Source: Selaginella moellendorffii
Taxonomy: Eukaryota > Plantae > Lycopodiophyta
Length of the DNA stretch: 64,000 nucleotides
Assembly: GCF_000143415.4 (NCBI RefSeq)
Contig: NW_003314308.1
Coordinates: 1,158,654 to 1,222,653 of the forward strand
Reading direction: 5' to 3'
Positions 11,051 through 21,562 of this stretch are shown one piece after another. Below the pieces are notes generated by a model that was given only the letters and a program-made list of their open reading frames with translations, was not told where the DNA came from and ran no database searches. A program made the translations under genes and the position numbers. Within the stretch, counting starts at the first letter, position 1; every line of letters starts with the position of its first letter.

Positions 11051-12040
11051 AGCAGGGAGAAGAAGCAGCAGTTCTAGATGATGGTTGTCATTGCCTGGAT
11101 TGATCGATCACGCAGCGCGTGATGAAGCTAGAGAGAAACAGGTTGTAGCTCCTCTTTACTAGCCCTCCAAATGCTTGATAGAGGTCTTTAGCTGCATTCT
11201 TACAAGCTCACCAAGCTTCCAACCTGTGCCCTTAGCTTCATTCTCGCAGATACCCAGCTCTGAGAATCTTTCAAATCCAACCAGCTTGATACCAAACTGT
11301 ATCTATACGTTTGTATATACGTGCCCTAGAATATAGTAAGCACTGAAAGTGGAAAGGACCTAGTCCTAAATGGGGGTTGCCGTGTTTCCCCAGCCAACCA
11401 TGAGCTATATTGGGCAACCACTCATCGAAAACACTTTTAAGAAGGTGGTTTAACCCAATGGAATATTTCGGTGGATCTCCTTTTCTTGCCCTAATGCCAC
11501 GTGTTAGGGCTGAACGTCTGGCATATTCCTTTTTAATCCAATGGGAGACTGACACGCATGAGATTATATCATTTACGCTAGGTAGAAGCTTCAATTTTCC
11601 TGTCGAGATAAGCACTGAAGTGGCTGAAATGTCTGGTTTGTAAAAACAATGCACGAGGATTGCCTATTTCCCGGATAGAATTAAATCGGGGCCCAACGAC
11701 CGCGGGCAATAATACTGGTGCGAGAAAATATTCGTCAACACCGGCGGCCACGATTTGGCCACCTGGGCTTTTGGAAGGTAAGCCACGTAAGCGGGTCAGG
11801 GGCTTGCTAATTTGGGACGTAATTGGCGGTGCAATGGAATTTAAGAGAATGCGCCGCGCCAGACCACCTTGTCATCTGCTGCATTCGTCGGCGGTGTTGG
11901 ATAATTGGATCGATTGGATCGATCGCTTTTCTCGTGAGGTAAGCGATCGAGAGATCGTAGATTTCGCGCTCACGCACTTCTCGCATTTCCAGGCTGAGTT
12001 CTAGAGCTCCGGCGGGAGCAGGAGGGAGAGGGAGATAAGC

Positions 12041-13987
12041 ATGGAGTTTGGGAGAGCAACCAGAGTAAGCGATCGTTGCTTTGCTCGAATGTGGGCGATT
12101 TGATCCTCGCGGTCGCGAGTGTTTCCCATCGATTTCTCGATCCGGACTGACGTTTTCCTCTCCACAGGTGGTCGACGAGGAGGCCGAATTCGAGGCGGAG
12201 GCGGCCGCGGTGGAGGCATGGTGGCGATCCGATCGCTTCCGCCTCACGCGACGCCCCTACACCGCCCGCGACGTTGCCCGCCTCCGCGGGACTCTCCCAA
12301 TCCACTACCCCTCCAACGAGATGGCCAAGAAGCTGTGGTTCATCCTCAAGAACCACCAGGCCAACAAGTCGTGCTCCCGGACCTTTGGAGCTCTCGATCC
12401 AGTCCAAGTCGCCCAGATGGCCAAGTACCTCGACACCATCTACGTCTCGGGCTGGCAGTGCGCATCCACCGCCTCCACCTCCAACGAGCCCGGCCCCGAT
12501 CTCGCCGACTATCCCATGGACACCGTCCCAAACAAAGTGGAGCATCTCTTCATGGCGCAGCTCTTCCACGATCGCAAGCAGCGGGAGGCTCGGCTGAGCG
12601 TCGGCAAGGAGATCCGATCCAGGACCCCCTACGTCGACTATCTCGCGCCTCTCATCGCCGACGCTGACACTGGATTCGGCGGCACCACCGCCACTGTGAA
12701 GCTCGTCAAGATGTTCGTGGAGCGCGGAGCCGCCGGGATCCATATGGAAGACCAAGCCTCGGTGACGAAGAAGTGTGGTCATATGGGTGGCAAAGTTCTC
12801 GTCGCCACCTCCGAGCATATCAATCGTCTCGTCGCTGCGAGGCTTCAGCTGGACGTGATGGGAGTGGAGCAAATCCTGGTGGCGAGGTCCGACTCGGTGG
12901 CTGCGACGCTGCTCCAGAGCAACATCGATCCCCGAGACCATTACTTCATCCTCGGTGCGAGCAATCCGGCTGTCAAAGGCAAGCCGCTCGTCACGGTCAT
13001 GGCCGAGGCCCAGGCGATGAACAAGTCCGGGAACGAGCTCCAGGCGATCGAGGACAACTGGTTGGCGCAGGCGGACCTCCGGCTCTTCTCGGACGTGGTC
13101 GCGGACGCCATCCGGAAGATGAACATTGCCGAGAATGTCAAGGTGGCGAGGCTGAATCGCTGGTTTGACAGCGTCGAGGGGCTCTCCCATGCTGATGCTC
13201 GAGCTCTGGCTGCCACTCTCGGCGTCACCGACGTCTTCTGGTGCTGGGATCTTCCGAGAACTCGGGAAGGATTCTACCGCTTCCAGGGGAGCACCAAAGC
13301 TTGCATCGCTCGAGGCTGCGCCTTTGCTCCCTATGCCGATCTTCTCTGGATGGAGACTGCTACTCCGGACGTCGTCCAGGCTCAAGACTTTGCCGAAGGT
13401 GTCAAGGCCAAGCACCCGGAGATCATGCTCGCGTATAACTTGTCACCGTCTTTCAACTGGGACGCTGCCGGGATGAACGACGCTCAAATGCAAGAGTTCA
13501 TCCCCCACCTGGCGAGGATGGGATACTGCTGGCAGTTCATCACTTTGGCTGGTTTCCACGCGAATTCTCTGGCTGCTGATACGTTTGCTCGTGACTTCAA
13601 GCAGCGTGGCATGCTGGCTTACGTCGAGGATATCCAGCGCCAGGAGCGTATGAACAACGTCGAAACTCTGGCTCATCAGACCTGGTCCGGGGCGAATTAC
13701 TACGACCAGCTGCTCAAGACGGTTACTGGCGGTGTCTCGTCCACTGCGGCGATGCAGAAAGGTAACAAAGAGTTCCATACGTTTCTCTTTTTCTCTGTGG
13801 TCCTGTCCTCTTGTTTTCTGGCTCGGAGAATCCGGGCGACTGTCTCGTTGGCTTTCGTCTCGTTCCCCGATTTGGATTTTGACGCTTCTCTTCTGCTGGT
13901 GTAGGTGTGACCGAGGACCAATTCAAGGATACTTTCGGAAGCAACTTGCAAGCCGGAGCGGAAGTGTTCGCCAAGTCCAAGCTGTGA
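12041..13987 (+). CDS. ICL: Isocitrate lyase (peroxisomal), 3 coding exons
   Basis: KKCGHM catalytic motif, [16 protein letters not shown]; last exon GVTEDQFK...AKSKL* gives PTS1 SKL. Confidence 0.98.
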
Positions 13988-14177
13988 GGCTGCTCTGCCC
14001 GTTCCGAGTCTATGGATAATGACGATACCCTTCGGTGTTGAGTAATAATAATGTGGCTTGCTTGAGAAACTGCCAAATGAAGCCTGCTCTCGAGCAGACG
14101 CCCAGGAATTGTATATATATCCATCCATTCTTCTATTGCGCAATTCATCTGGGATAAAAACAAACCAAAACGTCTGA

Positions 14178-15475
14178 TCAGTAGGGCCTGAACTTACGTG
14201 CAGCTCGCATTTGCGCTATTTTCTTCTTATCTTCTTGGAACTTGAGCTGAAGTTGGGCCACCTCTGATGAATCACAAGCCAAGGTCAGGAAAGGCAACAT
14301 ATCGGTTGTTTCATTACCGTTTCGGTGCGAGTCTCTCTTTTGGAATTTGTAGAAATCATCCAGCCCCTGCGTCTTCTTCTCGGCATTAGCCGCGACAGCG
14401 GCATGAACAGCACCGACAGCAATCCCAGAGGTAGCGTCTGCGCTCCTCCTTTTCCCTTTCTGGCGAGTCACGACTGTCCAGCCGTCGCCACTGGCAGCAA
14501 CTTGTCGTTCTTTACGTGCCTGGTTTGAATAAGTGAATGGAAGTTTGAGCAAAATTGGAACATCTCTACATCCACAACACTTACTTGCTCTTCGCGTTCC
14601 TCGTAGTCAGCTATGAACGAGTCGAGCTGCTCCTGTAGCACATGAATACCTGGCCTACGTGCATTATATTCTGCTATCCATTCTGCAAAAAACAAAGAAC
14701 TTCTTAGAGACGAGAAACCCAAAAGGAAAAATGGTAGAGACTCACTCTCCATTCCTTGAAGTGTTTTTCCAGCTTCGCCATCCCCAGAACCTGCACCACC
14801 GGAGGACGCAGGGACTACGGGTTCCACCTCCTTTTTCTTTTTCTTCAGCTTCTTTTCTAGCTTCTGCTGGTTTCCATCCTCAACGAGCTTTTTCTTCTGC
14901 TTATTCAGTGCTTTTTCTACCTTCTCCTCGTGTTGTCCATCCTCAATTTCCTCGACAACCTTCTTCTTCTTCAGCGTCTTTTCCTCATGCTCGTTTTCTC
15001 CATCTTCAGTTTCCTCGACAAGCGTCTTCTTCTTCTTCTTCAGCGTTTTTACTACCTTCTGCTCGTTTTGTCCATCCTCAGTTTCCTCGACAAACTTCTT
15101 CTTCTTCTTCAACGTCTTTTCCACCTTCTGCTCGTTTTCTCCATCCTCGATTTCCTCGACAAGCTTCTTCTTCTTCTTCTTGAGCGTGATTTCTAGATCG
15201 CTGTCATCCTCCTCAACAATTTCCTTCTTCTTTCCTAGCTTCTTCTCGCTAATCTTCTTCTTCTTCTTCAGACGATCTCCATCCTCATTCTCGCTAGTTC
15301 GCTCCGGCACTGGAACCAGATCTAAGCTCCTCTTCTTCTTCTCACTCGAAATCTTCTTCTTCTCCGCTAACAATTTCCCTCCCTCCAAGACCTTCTTCTT
15401 GATCTTCTTCTCCTTCACTAGATTTACCTCACTCCGGCTCGCATTTTTCTCGCTCTTGCCGGCGATCTTCTTCAT
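14178..15475 (-). CDS. RRP7: RRP7-domain rRNA processing protein with Lys/Glu-rich repetitive N-terminus
   Basis: GWTVVT...DFYKFQKR...KFQEDKKKIAQMRAARKFRPY C-terminus typical of RRP7. Confidence 0.88.
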
Positions 15476-15555
15476 GCTAGCGACGCCACGCGCAGCGCTC
15501 TCACGCCATACCTCCTGTTCCCGCCGATAAACCCTAACTAAAGCCCCAACATGTC

Positions 15556-17640
15556 ATGGTCTCTAGGGTTTATGGCAAGCTGCCAGTAGGACGGAGGCTT
15601 CCTCGACCACCGTCGCTGGCATTCGATCGCGCTGCCAGAGATCCGCAACAGCAATCGCTCAGATCAGCTCTGCAGATCGACGCCGAGCAATATTTCCAGC
15701 ATCCATCCCCGGGGCCGCTTTCTCCAGCGATCTACGCATCCCTGCTCCGGCGATGCGCGAGTGCGCAGGCGCTGGCCGTTGGGAGGAGGATCGATGCCCA
15801 TATTTCGAGCTATCATCGCGATCCAGGTACTTTTCTTGGCAGTTTGCTCGTCCAGATGTATGGCAAGTGTGGAGACATCGACAGCGCGCGCCGGGTTTTC
15901 GATTCGGTGGGCGCCAAGACGGCATTCACTTGGAATGTGATGCTCGCAGCATATGCCCAAAATGGGCATTACAATCAAGCACTGGATTTGTTCCGGGAGA
16001 TGGGATCCAGACACAGGAATCCGGAGGAGAAGCCCAATGCCATCACCTTCTCGACTGTGACCAACGTCTGCTCGCTGTCTGGGGATCTAGAGGCCGGGAG
16101 AGCTCTCCATGCTCGAATTCTAGACAGCGGAGTGGAGCTTGATGACTTCGTGGGGACTTGCCTCATCAACATGTATGGCAAGTGTGGGAGCTTGGAGGAC
16201 GCGAAGAGATTGTTTGAGGCCTTGCCAAGGAGGAGTGTGGTGGCTTGGAACACCATGCTCGGCCTCTTCGTCCAGAAGGAACGCTGCGAAGAAGCTCTTA
16301 GTTTTTTCAGAAGGATGCAAAGCTCGGAGACAGTCGTCATCCCGGATTCAGTGAGCTATACAACTGCGCTGAGAGCTTGTTCGCTGCTGGAAACTTTGGA
16401 GGATGGGAGATCAGTCCATCGCGACTACTTGGCCAGTGGAATCAAGCCGGACGTAGTTTTTGGAAACACGCTCGTTAAGATGTATAGCGTCTGCGGCAGT
16501 GTGGAAGAGTCGAGGTACGCTTTCGACGCCATGCCGGAGAAGAACAGCGTCTCCTGGACAACCATGTCCGTCACATACACTCAGAGTGGCCGCCATCGAG
16601 ACGCGATGGAGCTCTACTGGACCATGAACTTGGAAGGCGTGAAGGCACACCAGGTGGTATTTCCAAGCGTTCTTAGCGCGTGCTGGGAGCTGAGACAAGG
16701 CAGAGACATCCACGCTCGGGTAGTTGCCGAAGGTTTTGATCGAGACACAGCCGTGGGGAATGCGCTAGTGACGATGTATGGGAAGTTTGGGGAGCTCGAC
16801 GATGCAAGGAGGGTTTTTCATGGCATTCCTGAGAAGACGGTCATTTCCTGGACGTCCATGATCGCGGTAAATGCTCAAAACGGAGAATGGGGGGAGGCCT
16901 TTCGGCTGTTTAAGACGATGAAGAGCCGGGGTGGTGTGAGGCCGAACGCCGTGACTTGTCTCATCATCCTTGACGCCTGCTCCGACGTTGGGACGGTAGG
17001 AGATGGCAGAGAAATCCATGCCGAGATAAAAGCCGGTGGATTGGACTCGCAACTCCGGGTGAACAACACGCTTGTCAACATGTATGGGAAATGCGGGAGC
17101 TTGGGCGATGCGAGGGAAGTTTTCGACAGCATGCGCGAGAGAAATGTGGTGTCTTGGACGTCCATGCTGGCTGCGTATACGCACCAGGGACACGGCAACG
17201 AGGCACTGGAACTATACAGGACTATGGAGCTTCAAGGCATGGAGCTCGACGACGTAGCATTCGTGAGCGTTTTATCAGCGCTCGGTCACGCAGGATCCGT
17301 CCACGACTGCCGGCAGTGCTTTATGACTATGGTCCGTGACCATGAGATCCAGACAATGGCAGAGCATTACAACTGCTTGATCGACTTGTTTGGTAGAGCC
17401 GGGTGGCTGGACAATGCCAAGGACTTGCTGGAAAGGATGCCGTTCGAGCCTGCTTACAAGGAGTGGATGACTTATTTGGGGTCGTGCAAGCTGCACGGCG
17501 ACTCTCACCGTGCTGCAGATGCTGCCAGGCGATGTGCCGATTTGAGGCCAGGAGTGGCCCAACCTTTCGTCATGCTGCTCAGCACGGTTGGCAACGAGGA
17601 CGACGCGGAGGAAACCGAATCAAAAGCCGACGCTCTCTAG
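15556..17640 (+). CDS. PLS-class PPR protein with E domain
   Basis: Canonical P-L-S triplets; HYNCLIDLFGRAGWL...MPFEP..W..YLGSCKLH. Confidence 0.95.
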   Translation: MVSRVYGKLPVGRRLPRPPSLAFDRAARDPQQQSLRSALQIDAEQYFQHPSPGPLSPAIYASLLRRCASAQALAVGRRIDAHISSYHRDPGTFLGSLLVQMYGKCGDIDSARRVFDSVGAKTAFTWNVMLAAYAQNGHYNQALDLFREMGSRHRNPEEKPNAITFSTVTNVCSLSGDLEAGRALHARILDSGVELDDFVGTCLINMYGKCGSLEDAKRLFEALPRRSVVAWNTMLGLFVQKERCEEALSFFRRMQSSETVVIPDSVSYTTALRACSLLETLEDGRSVHRDYLASGIKPDVVFGNTLVKMYSVCGSVEESRYAFDAMPEKNSVSWTTMSVTYTQSGRHRDAMELYWTMNLEGVKAHQVVFPSVLSACWELRQGRDIHARVVAEGFDRDTAVGNALVTMYGKFGELDDARRVFHGIPEKTVISWTSMIAVNAQNGEWGEAFRLFKTMKSRGGVRPNAVTCLIILDACSDVGTVGDGREIHAEIKAGGLDSQLRVNNTLVNMYGKCGSLGDAREVFDSMRERNVVSWTSMLAAYTHQGHGNEALELYRTMELQGMELDDVAFVSVLSALGHAGSVHDCRQCFMTMVRDHEIQTMAEHYNCLIDLFGRAGWLDNAKDLLERMPFEPAYKEWMTYLGSCKLHGDSHRAADAARRCADLRPGVAQPFVMLLSTVGNEDDAEETESKADAL

Positions 17641-19319
17641 TGGCAAGATCTGGATAAAGTCGTCACAATCAGGTACGTGATCTTCTTAGCTCGGAAGTTT
17701 TTACCATCGTGTTTTGCTTTGACGATTGCAGGCTGGCTGGAGCTTGGACGATGTCTGATTCAAAAATGAGGAGTAGAAAAGTCTCTGGAGCGAGAAACAG
17801 GCCAGAACAGGATTGACAAGGGTCCTTTCTGTGATTGAAGTTCCGGCCATTAAGAATGTGTTGGTGTCAGCTCTCGTCTCTCAGGTATATACTTGCTCAC
17901 GTGTACATCTTCTCGTTGAGACACATTGCTGGTTGTTGAACAGAAATTATTTGCGCTGCGGCTACACGACAGTTTCGCTGTGGATACAGGGATCGATTGA
18001 CGCTCGCTGGCTTTTTTATCTTCTCCTTTCCTTTCGGCGAGGTCCAAGTCCAATTGGACAATCTCTACTCTGAGAGTAAGCTATGCACACGCTGCTTTCA
18101 CCACTCGTCATTGTTGCAGTTTGGTGGCCTAGATTTCGCGAGGAACTCAACCTTTAACTGCTAGCAGCATCGATCGCCGGTGTGGCACAATAACTCACTT
18201 GGGAGCCACAGAGCAGCAGCCAGGTAAAAGAAGAGGAAAAGAAGCAGAGGGAAAGAAACTCGAAGCGTGAGCTAGTCATCTTTCATACTGAGCTGTTTTT
18301 TCTTGTGCAGCGCAGCAAGATCTCTCTTCGCAGCACAAACAGTTATATACGAGCCTCCAAGCTCTCTCTTCTCTAAAGCCTGCGTCGCCCACAGCGCTGC
18401 GAAGTCCTGCATTCATCGCTCACAAGCTCGCCTTCTCTCTTGACGTGACCCCTTCGGTTTATCTTACTTTCTCTTCGTTCTAACGCTGTTTTCCACTTCC
18501 GTGCAGGGATCTGCGACGAAGATCTTCGCAAATTCCAGGCTATAAAGGAGCGAAGCGAGAGAGCTCTTAAACAAACATTCGAGAGGTATTGGGTGGAAGT
18601 CGACACTTTTGCTTTTGACGAGATCTAACTAGCTGATTGCCGGTCTATTCTATTCTATGCCGCTACAGTGGCTTTACTCCTTTTGTTTCAAGCTGGCGAC
18701 GATTCATGCTACGCAACGATGCTCTCTCGCAACATCCTTTTTGTTTGGGGTGGCAGAGCCCACATTCCACCACCGCTCCACCATACTTTGATTGCCAGCA
18801 AATTCCATCCCAAATTTCAATGCGCGCAAAAGTAAAGGAAAAGATCAAAAGAGCTCTCGTAGCTTTCGAAACCTCACTGACTGATAGCTTTGATTGATCC
18901 ATTGAGTGATAGACACCTCCAACATTGAACTATCAGCTTCCAAACAGCGATGCTAGTGTGTGCCGTACACAGAGTACGGCAGTAGAACCTCTTGCGTTTT
19001 TCTTTTATCCGCAGTGACGGCGCGTTAAAAAAACAGCGCTTGTTTCATGTACGGACCACTGACGGCGCTGTCTAACGGAATATTTTCTCTTTCTTTTACC
19101 CTTGTTACTTTACTTTTGCCATTTTAATCCTCTGGTCTCATCAAAATGGCGGATTCCCTTGCGCGGCGATGATCGGTGATGGACGCCGACGAGAATGCGA
19201 TCGATCCATCTTCTCTCCCTCTCTCGCATCTTTCTTGATTGACTCCAGGGGAGCATTCTCGATCGATCGATCGATGGATGCACTATAGGTCGCAAGCAAG
19301 AGCTTCCATCGCTCCAGCG

Positions 19320-20366
19320 ATGGAGATTATCAGCAGCAGGAGGGGCGTGGGGTACTGCTCCAGCCTCGGCGATCACAATCGGCAAGATTATCCCCTCTTT
19401 AGCCCTGTTCTTGATTGGCAAGAACAACAACGCGAGGATCAGCTGGAATTTCGATTCTTCTCATCCTCCTCTTGCCCCTCGGCAGCGCACGGCAATTGCG
19501 TGGAGATGATATCGGCCGACGAGATCTTCAGCAATGGCAGGATGCTCCCATGCGCTCTAGATTCCGCCAAGAACACCAGCAACAAGAATCTTTCCATGGC
19601 CATGAAGCGTCCCAATCCACACGCATCCACGCCGCCGCCAGCACCGCCAGCAGCGCCAATGCCAGCAACGCCAGCCACGGCCGCGAATCGATCATCGTCA
19701 TCATCATCCACCGCCAGCGGCAACACGATCAGGAAGAAGAGCGCCGCGATGGTGGCCACCGCGACGTGCTCCAGCCACTGGAAAGAAATCTTCCATCGAC
19801 TGCGCAATCCGGGGAGGCCGAGATCATCGTCGCAGTCCTCCTGCTACGAATCGTCCGGCTCGCTCTCATCGGACATGGACGCATTCCCCTCCTCGACTAG
19901 CTCCAGCAGCCGGAGGCTCCTCCTCCTCCCGGATCACCATGGCGAGGATTTCTCCCTCCCTCTCACCAAGGCCACCAAGGCGAAGAATTCTCACAAGGCC
20001 TCCTCCCAGCAGGGCATGGATCGTCACGACAAGAGCTCGAGCTCGAGGATGATGAGGGTCTCGTCGTTCGATAGCCGATCATCGAGTAGAGTATACCCAG
20101 GTGGTGGCGGCGGCGGCGGCGATCACCATCACTCTCAAACTTCGAGGAGATCCTTCTCCAGGGATCATCACAGCAGATCCTTGTCGTCCTTTCTCTACGA
20201 TCAGCACCAGCAGCATCACCAGCACCACCATCGCCACCAATCCGTCACTCCGGTTCTCAACATGCCCGTTTGCATGGGCGATTCTCTCGTCGTCTCGGCA
20301 TCGTCTTCTTCCTCGGGTAAGCTCGCCAAACTTCACAGCTCCAGTAGCAGAGCCAAAAGGAGATGA
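19320..20366 (+). CDS. Ser-rich intronless plant protein, MAKR/DUF1645-like
   Basis: Motifs EFRF, SADEIFSNGRMLP, HWKEIF and TPVLNMPVC in a low-complexity background; start codon uncertain. Confidence 0.7.
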   Translation: MEIISSRRGVGYCSSLGDHNRQDYPLFSPVLDWQEQQREDQLEFRFFSSSSCPSAAHGNCVEMISADEIFSNGRMLPCALDSAKNTSNKNLSMAMKRPNPHASTPPPAPPAAPMPATPATAANRSSSSSSTASGNTIRKKSAAMVATATCSSHWKEIFHRLRNPGRPRSSSQSSCYESSGSLSSDMDAFPSSTSSSSRRLLLLPDHHGEDFSLPLTKATKAKNSHKASSQQGMDRHDKSSSSRMMRVSSFDSRSSSRVYPGGGGGGGDHHHSQTSRRSFSRDHHSRSLSSFLYDQHQQHHQHHHRHQSVTPVLNMPVCMGDSLVVSASSSSSGKLAKLHSSSSRAKRR

Positions 20367-20744
20367 AAATTCTTTTCTTCCTGGCAATACAATTCTTGAG
20401 AGATGGATAGATAGAAACAAAGTTCTTCTTGCTTACTCTTGTGCTCATTCCTTTGGTGTGTAAAAAATTTCGCATTGTTTGTAACTTCCCATCTGTTCCC
20501 TGTTACTTGCCAAAAACTTTTCTGGTAATGCCCATAAATTTCCCAAACTTACCCAAATTTGGTCAGTGGTGGAGAGAGGAGTTGCTAATGTTTTTAATGG
20601 AGCTTCAAAATTTAGTGTCTCTCAGTTGCTGTGCTGCTGGAGCTCGGCTCATCGATCAATCTCCTACATTCGAGAAGAGGTCAGTGATTTCGCTAGAAAA
20701 GCAAAAAAAAAAGAAGGAAAAAAGGTACCAGAGAGCTCGTAGAG

Positions 20745-21539
20745 ATGTCGATGGTGATTGCGAACGCTGCCACCTTTCTCGTCTTGGTCCTCTTTTCTCT
20801 GCGAGCTCCCACAGTTCTCAGCATCAACATCACCCAAGTTCTCGGCCTCTTCCCGGACTACACCAACTTGAACATGCTGCTGCTTCAAACCGGCGTTGCC
20901 AACGAGATCAACCAGCGTTCCTCCCTCACCATTCTCGCCGCCGAGGACTCCGTGCTTGATCCCATCCTGGATCAGCTCGCGCAGTCCGTCACCGGCCAGC
21001 AGATAGCTGACATCCTCCGCTACCACGTCCTGCTCGAGTACGAAGGAATCAACGACCTCCGGAGCCTCCCCAACAAGAGTAAGCTTTTCACCACCCTCTT
21101 CCAGACCACCGGAAGAGCCTCCAACAATGCTGGCTTCGTGAACATCACGGACGATCCCAACGGGGGCGTCTCGGTTGGCTGGCCCAGCTCCTCCACGGTC
21201 TTCAGCTCGGAGATCCTCGGCACTGTCAAGGAGCTCCCGTTCAATGTTAGTGTCGTTGACGTAAGCCGGGTTCTCGTACCGTATGGACTCCTTCCACCTT
21301 CGCTCATGCCGCTGTTTCTCGCTCCATCACCACCACCAGCTGAATCGCCATCACCGTCGGGAGGACCACCAGGACCTTCTTCTTCGCCTTCTCCAAGTTC
21401 TTGGATAAGTCCCTCGACGTCGCAGCAAGGAGGTAGCCCAGACAATGGCAATCCAGCCACAAGCTCCGCAGTAGCACCATCAGCCCTTTGGAATGTCCTT
21501 TCAGAAGTTGCTTTTCTACTTGTTCTTCTGATCGTTTGA
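20745..21539 (+). CDS. Fasciclin-like arabinogalactan protein (signal peptide, FAS1, Pro/Ser region, GPI signal)
   Basis: INITQVL, LTILA..D, ILRYHVLLEY, TTLFQTTGRA, PFNVSVVDVS; hydrophobic C-terminal tail. Confidence 0.93.
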   Translation: MSMVIANAATFLVLVLFSLRAPTVLSINITQVLGLFPDYTNLNMLLLQTGVANEINQRSSLTILAAEDSVLDPILDQLAQSVTGQQIADILRYHVLLEYEGINDLRSLPNKSKLFTTLFQTTGRASNNAGFVNITDDPNGGVSVGWPSSSTVFSSEILGTVKELPFNVSVVDVSRVLVPYGLLPPSLMPLFLAPSPPPAESPSPSGGPPGPSSSPSPSSWISPSTSQQGGSPDNGNPATSSAVAPSALWNVLSEVAFLLVLLIV

Positions 21540-21562
21540 TGTAGATGACTTTCGTTCTATCC

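Noticed and set aside
11970-13415. 481-aa antisense ORF
   Set aside because: Shadow of the GC3-rich ICL coding strand
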